DNA from: Acidimicrobiia bacterium
GTDB lineage: Bacteria > Actinomycetota > Acidimicrobiia > Spongiisociales > UBA5794
Reading direction: 5' to 3'
DNA length: 61,293 nucleotides
Assembly: GCA_051002015.1 (NCBI GenBank)
Contig: JBPCMS010000031.1
Coordinates: 1-61,293 of the forward strand
Shown here: one piece after another, positions 20,312 through 31,080 of the stretch
How positions within the stretch are numbered: position 1 is the first letter of the stretch
Layout: each line of letters starts with the position of its first letter
Position numbers and translations under genes: made by a program
Notes under the pieces: generated by a model
Database searches by the model: none
Told to the model about the DNA's origin: nothing
The model's input: only the letters and a program-made list of their open reading frames with translations

Positions 20312-21112
20312 ATGTGGGACCAGCTGGCCGAGGGCGTCTACCGCAGGCGATACACCTCGCTCGATCTGAACATCGGGCTGGTGGTCGGTGGTGAGGGCGT
20401 GCTCGTCGTCGACACCAGGGCCTCGACGGTCCAGGCCCACGAGCTGGTCGAGGACCTGCGCTGGGTCACCGCCCTTCCGGTGCGCTGGGTGGTCGACACC
20501 CACTGGCACTGGGACCACACCTTCGGCAACTCGGTGTTCGCCACGGCACCCGTCTGGGCGCACACCGAATGCCATCGGGTGCTGGCGGCCCGTGGCGAGA
20601 AGGCAAAGCTGGAGGTGGCAGACAGGGTCGAGCCGGAGAGGCGCGACGAGATCCTCTCCGTCCAGATCCGGCTGCCCGACCACGTCTTCGATGTCGAGGA
20701 GGTGATCGATCTCGGCGGCCGGTCGGTGACGCTGCGCCACCACGGTCTGGGCCACACCGAGGGCGACATCACCGTCACCGTCGACGGGACCGGGGTCCGT
20801 TTCGCCGGCGATCTGCTCGAGGAGGGCGCACCTCCGTCGTTCGAGGACGGCTACCCGATCTCCTGGCCCGCCACGCTGGAGCGGGTCATCGTCGACGGGA
20901 TCGCCACCTACGTGCCGGGTCACGGCGACGTCATGACCCCCCACCAGGCGAGGGCACAACGCGACGAGCTGCGCACCATCGCCACCATGGCGACCGAGGC
21001 CAGCGCCAACGGCGTCCCGGTGGAGGACATCGACCTCGACGGGTCGCCATATCCAGGCGATGTCACCGCCGAGGCGATGGTCCGCGCCTACCTCGAGCTC
21101 GCCCGGACCTGA
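20312..21112 (+). CDS. MBL-fold metallo-hydrolase
   Basis: 'THWHWDH', 'GHTEGD', 'AGDL', 'PGHG'. Confidence 0.92.
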   Translation: MWDQLAEGVYRRRYTSLDLNIGLVVGGEGVLVVDTRASTVQAHELVEDLRWVTALPVRWVVDTHWHWDHTFGNSVFATAPVWAHTECHRVLAARGEKAKLEVADRVEPERRDEILSVQIRLPDHVFDVEEVIDLGGRSVTLRHHGLGHTEGDITVTVDGTGVRFAGDLLEEGAPPSFEDGYPISWPATLERVIVDGIATYVPGHGDVMTPHQARAQRDELRTIATMATEASANGVPVEDIDLDGSPYPGDVTAEAMVRAYLELART

Positions 21113-21117
21113 TCGGC

Positions 21118-21144
21118 GGTTTCCCCACCGCCGCCATGGGGGAC
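21118..21144 (+). promoter_or_regulatory. SigF/SigB-type stress promoter of dps
   Basis: GGTTT-N16-GGGGAC upstream of dps, close to the GGWWT-N16/17-GGGTAY consensus. Confidence 0.45.
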
Positions 21145-21174
21145 AATGAGGGACACCTCTGCGAAGGAGAATCG

Positions 21175-21726
21175 ATGGAGTACACGTTCGCCCCCGCCGG
21201 CATGTCCGGCTCCGATGCCGCCAAGGTCGGCCATGCCCTGCAGCAGCGGCTCGACTCGCTGATCGACCTCACCCTCACCCTGAAGCACATCCACTGGAAC
21301 CTGGTGGGCCCGGGCTTCATCGGGGTCCATGAGCTGATGGATGTCCAGGTGGTGGGGACCCGGCTGTTCGTCGATGCGATCGCCGAACGGATCGCCACCC
21401 TGGGCGGCACGCCACAGGGAGTGCCCGGCGGGCTGGTTTCCCGGCGCACCTGGGACGACTACTCCGTTGGTCGTGACGTGGTGGCGGCGCATCTCGGCGC
21501 CCTCGACCGGGTGTACGACGGCGTCGTCGCCGACCATCGCCGCGCCATCGACACCGTCGGCTCGCTCGACCCGGTGAGCGAGGACCTGCTGATCGGGCAG
21601 GCGGGAAAGCTCGAGCAGTACCAGTGGCTGATCCGGGCCCACCTCCAGAACACCTCGGGCGAGTTGAGCACGGCCGGAGCCGAATCCGAGGAGGACGCCG
21701 CCGCCAAGGCGTCAGCGGCCGGCTGA
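21175..21726 (+). CDS. dps: DNA starvation/stationary-phase protection protein
   Basis: 'KHIHWNLVGPGFIGVHELMD', 'DAIAERIATLGG', 'DPVSEDLL'; RBS AAGGAG. Confidence 0.93.
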   Translation: MEYTFAPAGMSGSDAAKVGHALQQRLDSLIDLTLTLKHIHWNLVGPGFIGVHELMDVQVVGTRLFVDAIAERIATLGGTPQGVPGGLVSRRTWDDYSVGRDVVAAHLGALDRVYDGVVADHRRAIDTVGSLDPVSEDLLIGQAGKLEQYQWLIRAHLQNTSGELSTAGAESEEDAAAKASAAG

Positions 21727-21740
21727 CGGGGTGATTGCCG

Positions 21741-21790
21741 TTTCTTAGGACCGGAACGCGTCACCCGTGGGGCGTTCTGATCCTAAGAAA
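21741..21790. repeat. 50-bp palindromic REP-like repeat, copy 2
   Basis: TTTCTTAGGACCGGAACGCGTCA...TCCTAAGAAA; same length and termini as copy 1. Confidence 0.9.
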
Positions 21791-21815
21791 GTGATGGGGC
21801 CGGTAACGTCCTCGG

Positions 21816-23414
<1,599 letters not shown>

Positions 23415-23434
23415 CCGACCTGGGCGCAGACCGA

Positions 23435-23824
23435 TCAGCGGTGGGGCGGCGTGATCCGGGACGGCAGCGGCTCGACGACGTAGCCGCCGGTGGTGTAGCG
23501 GCCGTACAGGTCGCCATCGCCCACGAAGTACTCCTTCTGCGCCGGCTGGGTCGATTCATCGACCCGTTCGGTTCCGCCGTTGCCACCGGCCAGGTTCAGA
23601 CATCTGAGGAAGAGGGTGTAGCCACCGGAGGCTGGCGGCTCCTCCCCGCAGTCGTCCGTCGAGACCGGAAGAGCAGCAACTTCGGCCGCCGAGAGAGGGT
23701 GGAGCGGCCGGTCGGTGACCTGGCCCCCCGCCACAGCAACGGCACCCGCCGAAACCAATCCGGTGGCGACTGCTGCTACGACCCAGCCGGCGACGAGAAG
23801 GAGTCTCTGCCGCAATACCCGCAT
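23435..23824 (-). CDS. small secreted/membrane-anchored hypothetical protein divergent from the two-component system
   Basis: Strong RBS AAAGGAGG; N-terminal hydrophobic segment followed by 'PLSAAEV'. Confidence 0.55.
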   Translation of the reverse strand: MRVLRQRLLLVAGWVVAAVATGLVSAGAVAVAGGQVTDRPLHPLSAAEVAALPVSTDDCGEEPPASGGYTLFLRCLNLAGGNGGTERVDESTQPAQKEYFVGDGDLYGRYTTGGYVVEPLPSRITPPHR

Positions 23825-23862
23825 TGTGCGCTACACCTCCTTTCGGGCCTATCAACAACCCG

Positions 23863-23879
23863 TTAAGGATTGTATAAGG
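23863..23879. promoter_or_regulatory. 11-bp-spaced direct repeat (candidate OmpR-family site)
   Basis: TAAGG at 23864 and 23875, between the divergent genes. Confidence 0.45.
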
Positions 23880-23906
23880 TGGAGGAGACCGAGGGGAGCC
23901 GATCGC

Positions 23907-24590
23907 ATGGTCTCGGTGGTCATCATCGAGGACGAGCAGAGGATCCGGCAGCTTGTGGCCGGGGTGTTGGCCGACCGCGGCTACGACGTGACCTCATCCG
24001 GGTCGGCCCTCGAGGGTCTGCAGGCGGTGGTCAGCGACTCTCCAGATCTCATCATCCTCGACATGGGTCTCCCCGATCTCGACGGCGCCGAGCTGCTCAC
24101 CATGATCCGTGCGGTCACCAAGGTACCGGTGATCGTGGCCACCGCCAGGGGATCCGACCGTGATGTGGTGCGCACCCTCGACGCCGGCGCCGACGACTAC
24201 CTGGTCAAGCCGTTCTCGGTGGAGCAGCTCGAGGCCAGGGTGCGGGCCGTGCTCCGGCGCGCCGTCGGCGATCGGCCGAGGGGAGGACCGGTGGTGGTCG
24301 GCGGGCTCGAGGTCGATGCCGTCACCCGGGTGGCCACCCTGGATGGCAAGGTGCTCGATCTGAGCCCCAAGGAGTTCGACCTGCTCCGCTTCCTCGCCGA
24401 GCGGGAGGGCGAGGTCGTGTCCAAGCGGGAGCTGCTGGCGACGGTGTGGCGCCAGCCGTACGGCGGGAGCGAGCGGACCATCGACGTCCACCTGTCCTGG
24501 CTGCGCACCAAGATGGGGGAGTCGGCGGCCAGGAGCCGGTACCTGCAGACGGTGTTCGGGGTAGGGGTGAAGCTGGTCGACCCCGGATGA
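23907..24590 (+). CDS. OmpR-family response regulator
   Basis: Receiver 'IIEDE', 'DMGLPDLDG', 'GADDYLVKPF'; winged-helix 'KEFDLL...TIDVHLSWLR.K'. Confidence 0.95.
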   Translation: MVSVVIIEDEQRIRQLVAGVLADRGYDVTSSGSALEGLQAVVSDSPDLIILDMGLPDLDGAELLTMIRAVTKVPVIVATARGSDRDVVRTLDAGADDYLVKPFSVEQLEARVRAVLRRAVGDRPRGGPVVVGGLEVDAVTRVATLDGKVLDLSPKEFDLLRFLAEREGEVVSKRELLATVWRQPYGGSERTIDVHLSWLRTKMGESAARSRYLQTVFGVGVKLVDPG

Positions 24591-25960
24591 GACGCCAGCT
24601 CGCCATGGTGTCGCTGGCGGTGATCCTGTTGGTGGTGGTCGCCTTCCTCGTCCCGCTGGCGTTGGTGGTCCGCAACCAGGCAGCCGACCGGGCCTTGTCC
24701 CGGGCCGAGCGCGACGTCCAGGCCATCGCCGCCGCTCTCGCCGTCGCCCCGGCCACCATGGGCGCCGAAATCAGTCGTGAGCTCGCCGCAGACGTGCTCC
24801 GGGCCTTCGGCGGCGAGAGCAACTTCACCGTGGTGTTCCCCGACGGGCGAACCGTCGGGCGCGATTTCGAACCCTCCCCGGCCCTGGCCCAGGCGAGGAG
24901 GGGCACCGCCTTCTCCACCACCATCGAGGGCGGGTACGAGGTGCTGGTCCCGGTGCTCGACACCTTCGACCTGCCCACCCCCGGTGAGGTCGAGCCGCCG
25001 ATGCGCACCGTGGTGGTGCGCACCGAGGTCCCCGATGGCGAGCTGCGCCGCGGGGTGACGACGGCGTGGTGGATGCTGGGCGCCCTCGGGGTCTTCCTGG
25101 TCACCATCGCCGTCATCGCCGCCGACCGGCTGGGCCGAAACATCGTCCGCCCGGTCGACGCCCTCTCCGAGGCGGCCCGCTCGCTGGGGCGGGGCGACCT
25201 CGAAACCAGGGTCGAGCCGGGGGGTCCGCCCGAGGTGGCCGAGGTGGGGGAGGCCTTCAACTTCCTGGCGCGTCGGCTGGTCGGGCTGCTCAACGCCGAG
25301 CGGGAGTCGGTTGCCGACCTGTCCCACCGGCTCCGGACCCCGCTCACCGCGCTGCGGCTCCAGGCCGAGACGCTCCGCAACGGTGACGAGGCGGCGGCGC
25401 TGACCGCCGACATCGACCGCATGGGGAGGGCGGTGGACCGGATGATCGAGGAGGCGAGACGGCCCGCCGAGACCGGGGAGCGGTCGGCGGATCTGGCGGC
25501 CGTTGTCCGCCACCGGGCCACCTTCTGGAAGGTCCTCGCAGATGAGCAGGGAAGGACGGCCACGGTCCACACCGCCGGCGGCCCCCGGTGGGTCCCGATC
25601 GCCGCCGACGAGCTGGGCGCGGTCATCGACACCCTGATCGAGAACGTGTTCGCCCACACCGTCCCCGGCACCGACTACCACCTCGACGTCCGGCCGGTCG
25701 ACGGAGAGGTCGAGCTGGTTGTCGAGGACCGGGGCCCCGGTTTCCCGGATGACGCCGTCATCGAGCGGGGGGCGTCGGCCGGCGGCTCCACCGGGCTCGG
25801 GCTCGACATCGCCCGCCGGGCGGCGCGGAGAACCGGCGGCGATCTGGTGATCGCCAACCGACGCTCCGGCGGAGCCGCCGTCACCGTCCGCTTCGGCGGC
25901 GTGGAAGGCGCCGCCGCCAGCGGGCGGCGAGCGGCGGTGCTGCGCAGCACCACGGGTTGA
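24587..25960 (+). CDS. HAMP-domain sensor histidine kinase
   Basis: Two TM segments, HAMP, H-box 'DLSHRLRTPLT', 'D.GPG', 'GLGLDI'; ATGA overlap with the regulator. Confidence 0.94.
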   Translation: MRRQLAMVSLAVILLVVVAFLVPLALVVRNQAADRALSRAERDVQAIAAALAVAPATMGAEISRELAADVLRAFGGESNFTVVFPDGRTVGRDFEPSPALAQARRGTAFSTTIEGGYEVLVPVLDTFDLPTPGEVEPPMRTVVVRTEVPDGELRRGVTTAWWMLGALGVFLVTIAVIAADRLGRNIVRPVDALSEAARSLGRGDLETRVEPGGPPEVAEVGEAFNFLARRLVGLLNAERESVADLSHRLRTPLTALRLQAETLRNGDEAAALTADIDRMGRAVDRMIEEARRPAETGERSADLAAVVRHRATFWKVLADEQGRTATVHTAGGPRWVPIAADELGAVIDTLIENVFAHTVPGTDYHLDVRPVDGEVELVVEDRGPGFPDDAVIERGASAGGSTGLGLDIARRAARRTGGDLVIANRRSGGAAVTVRFGGVEGAAASGRRAAVLRSTTG

Positions 25961-25979
25961 CCAGACGCCCCGGTGCGAA

Positions 25980-26702
25980 TCAGCCGCCGATGACCGGGAT
26001 CCAATCCTCGACCCCGCCCCCCACCGTGCCCGGCGATGCGATCGAGACGGACTCCACGGGCAGCTCGACGGATGCATCCTCGCTCCAGATCCCCGCTCTG
26101 GTGGCGACGGGGCGATTGAGGTGGGTGCCGACGCCCCACGCCACGTAGTCGACCACGGCCGCCGGGTTGGTGAAGACGTCGGTCGAGAACAGGCCGAGCT
26201 CGCCACCGGAGGCCAGGATCGGGCCCAGCGAGGTGCCCAGATCGATGACGGCGGTGATCCCGACGAACTGGGGCGGCTGATCCCCGCCGAGCACGATGGC
26301 GGCAGAGGACCCCGGGTCGAGGGTCACCGGGTCGATGGAGCCGGTGTGGTTGTTGCTGATCGCCCAATGACCCTCCAGGCTCACCGGGGTGCTGCCCACG
26401 TTGGTGACCAGGGCGTACGGATCGGAGCCGAACACCACCCTGGTCAGGGCCAGGGTCCCCGGGGTGGGCACGATGGTCGGCGGCGGCACCGTGGTGGTGG
26501 TGGTCCCCGCCGTGGTCGAGGTGGCGGCGCTTGGCCCCGTGGTTGCGGGAGGAGCCGTCGTTCCCGGCGCCGCCGTGGTGCCGGCTGCAGGCCCGGCGAT
26601 GGTCGTGGTCGCGCCGGAGTCGCCGTCCGTCCCCGCCGCGCACGCCCCGAGGAGAGCGCCCCCCATCACCACCGTCACCAGCCCGATCGATCCCCGTCGC
26701 AT
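25980..26702 (-). CDS. lipoprotein with Thr-rich linker and lamin-tail-like beta domain
   Basis: Lipobox LLGAC, Thr/Ala/Pro linker, 'VTNVGSTPVSLEG' and 'VDYVAWG'. Confidence 0.7.
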   Translation of the reverse strand: MRRGSIGLVTVVMGGALLGACAAGTDGDSGATTTIAGPAAGTTAAPGTTAPPATTGPSAATSTTAGTTTTTVPPPTIVPTPGTLALTRVVFGSDPYALVTNVGSTPVSLEGHWAISNNHTGSIDPVTLDPGSSAAIVLGGDQPPQFVGITAVIDLGTSLGPILASGGELGLFSTDVFTNPAAVVDYVAWGVGTHLNRPVATRAGIWSEDASVELPVESVSIASPGTVGGGVEDWIPVIGG

Positions 26703-26767
26703 CCCGGCCAGCCTATACCGATAGGTGGGACCGACCCCGGCGCCGGGTCCCGGTAGGCTCCGCGGCC

Positions 26768-29524
26768 GTGACCGAGTCAACGCCGACCGCCCCCGGAAAA
26801 TACCCGTCCGACTGGGACTTCGACGTGCTGCTCAGGGACGGGACGGCGGCCCGGTTGCGGCCCATCCGCCCCGATGACGCCCCGGGGCTTGCCGACCTCG
26901 TCTCTCGCATGTCGCGCCAGTCGATCTACCACCGCTTCTTCAGGGTGAAGAAGGAGCTGGAGCCCGCCGAGCTGGAGCATTTCACCGTCCTTGACTACCG
27001 CGACCGGATGGCGTTCGTGATCGAGACCGACGGCCGGCTCGCCGGCGTCGGCCGCTACGAGCGGGACGATCCGGGCGGCGACACCGCCGAGGTCGCCTTC
27101 AGCGTGGCCGACGAGCACCAGGGGAAGGGTGTGGCCACCCGCATCCTCGAGTACCTGACCGCATACGCCCGGCTCCACGGCATCTCCGCCTTCGAGGCGT
27201 TCGTCCTCGCCGACAACCACGCCATGATCCGGGTGTTCCGGGGCGCAGGGTTCACCATGAGCCGCCAGCTCGACGACGGGGTCTTCCTGATCGAGTTCCC
27301 CACCCAGGAGTCCGACGAGACCAGAGCCGCCAGCGAGGAGCACGAGAAGCGGGCGGCGGCGGCGAGCATGACGCCGCTGCTCTACCCGACCTCGGTTGCG
27401 GTGATCGGTGCCAGCCGCGACGCCGGCTCCATCGGAGGCAGGCTCCTCGCCAACCTGCTGGGCGGCGACTTCACCGGGCCGGTGTACGCGGTGAACCCCA
27501 GGGCCACCGTGATCCGGTCGATGCCGGCGTATGCCAGCGTGCTCGACGTTCCCGACCGGGTCGACCTCGCCATCATCGTGGTGCCCGCTCGGCACGTCAT
27601 GGATGCCGTGTTGCAGTGCGCCGAGAAGCGGGTGAAGGGCGTCGTGGTGATCTCGGCGGGGTTCTCCGAGACGGGGCCCGATGGCCGTGCCCGCGAGGAG
27701 GAGCTGCTCCAACTGGTCCGCGCCCATGGCATGCGGATGATCGGCCCCAACTGCATGGGGGTGGTCAACACCGATCCGGCGGTGCGGTTGGACGCCCAGT
27801 TCGGCCCCGTTGTCGCCCGCCGGGGCAATGTCGCCATGTCGTCGCAGAGCGGCGCCCTCGGTATCGCCATCCTCGACCACGCCACCCGCATGAACATCGG
27901 GCTGTCCAGCTTCGTCTCTGTGGGCAACAAGGCGGACGTCTCCGGCAACGACCTGCTCCTGTACTGGGAGGACGATCCCGCCACCGACGTGATCCTCCTC
28001 TATCTGGAGTCGTTCGGGAACTCGCGCCGCTTCGCCAGAATCGCCCGCCGGATCGGCAAGAAAAAGCCGATCGTGGCGGTGAAGTCGGGGAGGAGCGCAG
28101 CAGGGGCGCGTGCCGCCGGGTCGCACACCGGGTCGTTGGCCAGCCTCGACCTCGCCGTCGATGCACTGTTCCGTCAGGCCGGCGTGGTGCGGACCGACAC
28201 CCTCGCCGAGCTGTTCGACGTCACCGCGGTGCTGGCCAACCAGCCGTTGCCGGCGGGGCGCCGGGTGGCCATCGTCAGCAATGCCGGTGGTCCCGCCATT
28301 CTGGCGGTGGACACCCTCGAGGCGCACGGGCTCCAGGTGGCGGAGTTCTCGGCGGCGCTCCAGGACGAGCTGCGCAGCCATCTCAGCATCGACGCCTCGG
28401 TACGCAACCCGGTCGACATGATCGCCGCCGCCGGACCCGACAACTACCGCACCTGCCTCGACATCGTCCTCCAGTCCGACGAGGTCGATGCCGTGCTGGC
28501 GATCTTCATCCCCACCTCGGCCCAGGGTATCGACGAGATCGCGAGCGCCATCGCCGAGACGGGACGGCGCCACCACGGGTCGAAGACGTTCCTCACCGTG
28601 TACATGGACGCCGCGGGCGCCCCTGGCGAGGTGTTCGAGGACATCCCGGTGTACCTGTTCCCCGAGCAGGCGGCGATGGCGCTGGCCCGGGCGGTGGAGC
28701 ACGCCGAATGGGTAACCAAGCCAACGGGGCACCAGGTCGTCTTCGCCGACGCCGATCCCCGCAGGGCCGGGGAACTGGTCGCCGCCGCCCTCGCCCGGAG
28801 TCGGGCCGAGTCCGTCTGGCTGGAGCCGGAGACGGTGGATGAGATCCTCGGCTGTTTCGGCATCGCCGTCCCCCGCTCGGGGACTGTGATGTCCGAGGAC
28901 GATGCGGTCGCCCTGGCGGCGACGTTCCCAGGTCCGGCAGTGGTCAAGGTGCTGTCGCCGACGGCGCTGCACAAGAGCGACGTCGGGGGGGTCGCCCTCG
29001 ACGTCGTCGGCGAGGAGGCGCTGCGCCACGCCTACCGCACGGTGTTGGCCGCCGTCCCCGACCCCACCGGTGCGCTGGTCCAGGAGTTCATCCCCGGCGG
29101 TCACGAGGTGCTGATCGGCATCACCCAGGATCCCAACTTCGGGCGGTTGGTGGTGTTCGGCATGGGCGGGGTCTACGTCGAGCTGATCAGGGACGTTGCC
29201 TTCCGGATCCACCCCCTCACCGACCTCGACGCCGAGGAGATGCTGGGCGACGTCCGGTCCGCCAGGCTGCTCGAGGGGTACCGCGGCGGAGACCCCGGCG
29301 ACGTCAAGGCGCTGATCGATACCCTGCTGAGGGTGTCGGCGATGGTCGAGGCCCTCCCCGAGCTGGTGGAGATGGACCTGAACCCGGTGAAGGTCCGCCT
29401 CCCCGGCGAGGGGGTGTGCGTCGTCGACGCCCGCATGCGGGTCGAGCCGGTCTCCGCAACCGGCGCCCCCGAGCCGACCCTGCGCACCAAGCGGGGCATC
29501 AGCGCGCCCCCGGTGGAGAGCTGA
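26768..29524 (+). CDS. GNAT + NDP-forming acyl-CoA synthetase-like fusion (Pat-type protein lysine acetyltransferase)
   Basis: N-terminal GNAT ('RPIRPDD', 'AEVAFSVADEHQGKG'), CoA-binding 'GPNCMG', 'SQSGALG', 'GNKADV', and ATP-grasp 'HKSDVGGV', 'DLNPV'. Confidence 0.92.
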   Translation: MTESTPTAPGKYPSDWDFDVLLRDGTAARLRPIRPDDAPGLADLVSRMSRQSIYHRFFRVKKELEPAELEHFTVLDYRDRMAFVIETDGRLAGVGRYERDDPGGDTAEVAFSVADEHQGKGVATRILEYLTAYARLHGISAFEAFVLADNHAMIRVFRGAGFTMSRQLDDGVFLIEFPTQESDETRAASEEHEKRAAAASMTPLLYPTSVAVIGASRDAGSIGGRLLANLLGGDFTGPVYAVNPRATVIRSMPAYASVLDVPDRVDLAIIVVPARHVMDAVLQCAEKRVKGVVVISAGFSETGPDGRAREEELLQLVRAHGMRMIGPNCMGVVNTDPAVRLDAQFGPVVARRGNVAMSSQSGALGIAILDHATRMNIGLSSFVSVGNKADVSGNDLLLYWEDDPATDVILLYLESFGNSRRFARIARRIGKKKPIVAVKSGRSAAGARAAGSHTGSLASLDLAVDALFRQAGVVRTDTLAELFDVTAVLANQPLPAGRRVAIVSNAGGPAILAVDTLEAHGLQVAEFSAALQDELRSHLSIDASVRNPVDMIAAAGPDNYRTCLDIVLQSDEVDAVLAIFIPTSAQGIDEIASAIAETGRRHHGSKTFLTVYMDAAGAPGEVFEDIPVYLFPEQAAMALARAVEHAEWVTKPTGHQVVFADADPRRAGELVAAALARSRAESVWLEPETVDEILGCFGIAVPRSGTVMSEDDAVALAATFPGPAVVKVLSPTALHKSDVGGVALDVVGEEALRHAYRTVLAAVPDPTGALVQEFIPGGHEVLIGITQDPNFGRLVVFGMGGVYVELIRDVAFRIHPLTDLDAEEMLGDVRSARLLEGYRGGDPGDVKALIDTLLRVSAMVEALPELVEMDLNPVKVRLPGEGVCVVDARMRVEPVSATGAPEPTLRTKRGISAPPVES

Positions 29525-29584
29525 CCGGGAAGGGAGCGACCCCTCGTGGTAGGTTCGCGGCCTCCACCCAAGGGGATCTGACCC

Positions 29585-30199
29585 GTGCATGTCGTCGACC
29601 TGATGACCAGTGAGCTGATCACGGTGCGCCCGGATACCCCCATCCGGGAGGCGGCCAGCCTGATGTCGGTGCATCGCGTCTCCGGTCTGCCGGTGTGCGA
29701 CAGCTCGTCGGCCGTGGTCGGCATCATCACCGAGGCCGACTTTCTGCGGCTCGAGGTCGCCCGCCAGGAGGCGGAGCACCCGTCCCCGATCGAACGGGTG
29801 GCGGACGTGATGAACACCGACGTGGTCACCATCCGCCACGACCGGCTGGTGTCGGATGCCGCCAGGGTGATGGTGATCAACGACGTCAGCCGGCTTCCGG
29901 TCGTCGACGAGAACAACGCCCTGCTCGGCATCATCTCTCGGATGGACGTCGTCGGCGCCTTCGCCCGGCCCGACGACGTCATCGAGGACGAGATACGCGA
30001 GGACCTGCTGCGACGGGTGCTGTTCGTCGACCCCGAGACCATCGACGTGTCCGTGGTCGACGGCGTCGTCACCTTCGACGGGATCATCGGGACCCGCACC
30101 GAGGCGCTGATGCTCGACGAGATGGTGCTGCGGCTCCCCGGGGTGGCCAGGGTCGTCAACCGGCTCAGCTGGCGGGTGGACGACAGCGGAGCGCCGTGA
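29585..30199 (+). CDS. CBS + BON domain protein
   Basis: Two CBS repeats ('SGLPV', 'SRLPVVD') plus a BON domain ('VSVVDGVVTFDG...PGVARVVNRL'). Confidence 0.88.
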   Translation: MHVVDLMTSELITVRPDTPIREAASLMSVHRVSGLPVCDSSSAVVGIITEADFLRLEVARQEAEHPSPIERVADVMNTDVVTIRHDRLVSDAARVMVINDVSRLPVVDENNALLGIISRMDVVGAFARPDDVIEDEIREDLLRRVLFVDPETIDVSVVDGVVTFDGIIGTRTEALMLDEMVLRLPGVARVVNRLSWRVDDSGAP

Positions 30200-31068
30200 G
30201 GCGGAGCTTCGGCACGGCCGTCACCGTCGACGGCCTCACCATCGCCGCCGAAACCACCCGATGGGGCCCCCAACCGGCGCCGTCCGTGGTGGCGGTGCAT
30301 GCCACCGGGTTCTGCCGCCAGGTGTTCCGCCCCGTCGCCGGGGTGCTCGCCACCATGGTCGAAGCCGGTGCCATGACCGCGCTCGATCAGCGGGGCCATG
30401 GGGCGTCCGATCGCCCCGAGCCGCCGTTCGACTGGTGGGACCTCGGCGGTGACGTCCTCGCCGTTGCCGGCGACACCCGGCCGGCGGTGGGGCTGGGGCA
30501 CTCCGCCGGGGGTGCGGCGATCATCATGGCCGAGCTCCTCGCCCCCGGGACGTTCTCGGCGCTGGTCCTGGTCGAGCCCATCGTGTTCCCGCCCCCGCAC
30601 CGGCGCCAGGAGGAACAGACGCTGGTCGACGCCGCGCTCAAGCGGAAGCGGGTGTTCGAGAGCCCGGCGGCGGCGGCGGAGAACTTCGTCACCAAGCCCG
30701 CATTCGCCGACTGGCACCCGGCTGCGCTGACCGAGTACGTCGAGCACGGGCTGCGCTCGACCGGCGACGGCTGGATCCTCGCCTGCGACCCGGAGGTCGA
30801 GGCCGAGTTCTACCGGACCGGGCCGGCCCACGACGCCTGGGACCGCCTCGAGGAGCTGACCCTGCCGGTCACGCTGATCGCCGGGGAGCGGTCGACCACC
30901 CACCACGGCCGATACCTGGAGGCCTTGGCGGGCCGGTTCGGGACCGAGCCGGCGGTCGACGTCGTTGCCGGCGCCTCCCACTTGGTGGTGATGGAACGCC
31001 CCGAGCTCATCGCCGAACACGTGGCGGGGCGGCTGCCCGCACCCTCGACACATGCGGCGCCCCGGTAA
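30196..31068 (+). CDS. alpha/beta hydrolase
   Basis: 'HATGF', 'DQRGHGAS', GHSAGG, 'SHLVVME.P'. Confidence 0.88.
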   Translation: MRRSFGTAVTVDGLTIAAETTRWGPQPAPSVVAVHATGFCRQVFRPVAGVLATMVEAGAMTALDQRGHGASDRPEPPFDWWDLGGDVLAVAGDTRPAVGLGHSAGGAAIIMAELLAPGTFSALVLVEPIVFPPPHRRQEEQTLVDAALKRKRVFESPAAAAENFVTKPAFADWHPAALTEYVEHGLRSTGDGWILACDPEVEAEFYRTGPAHDAWDRLEELTLPVTLIAGERSTTHHGRYLEALAGRFGTEPAVDVVAGASHLVVMERPELIAEHVAGRLPAPSTHAAPR

Positions 31069-31080
31069 CATCCGGCCCCG

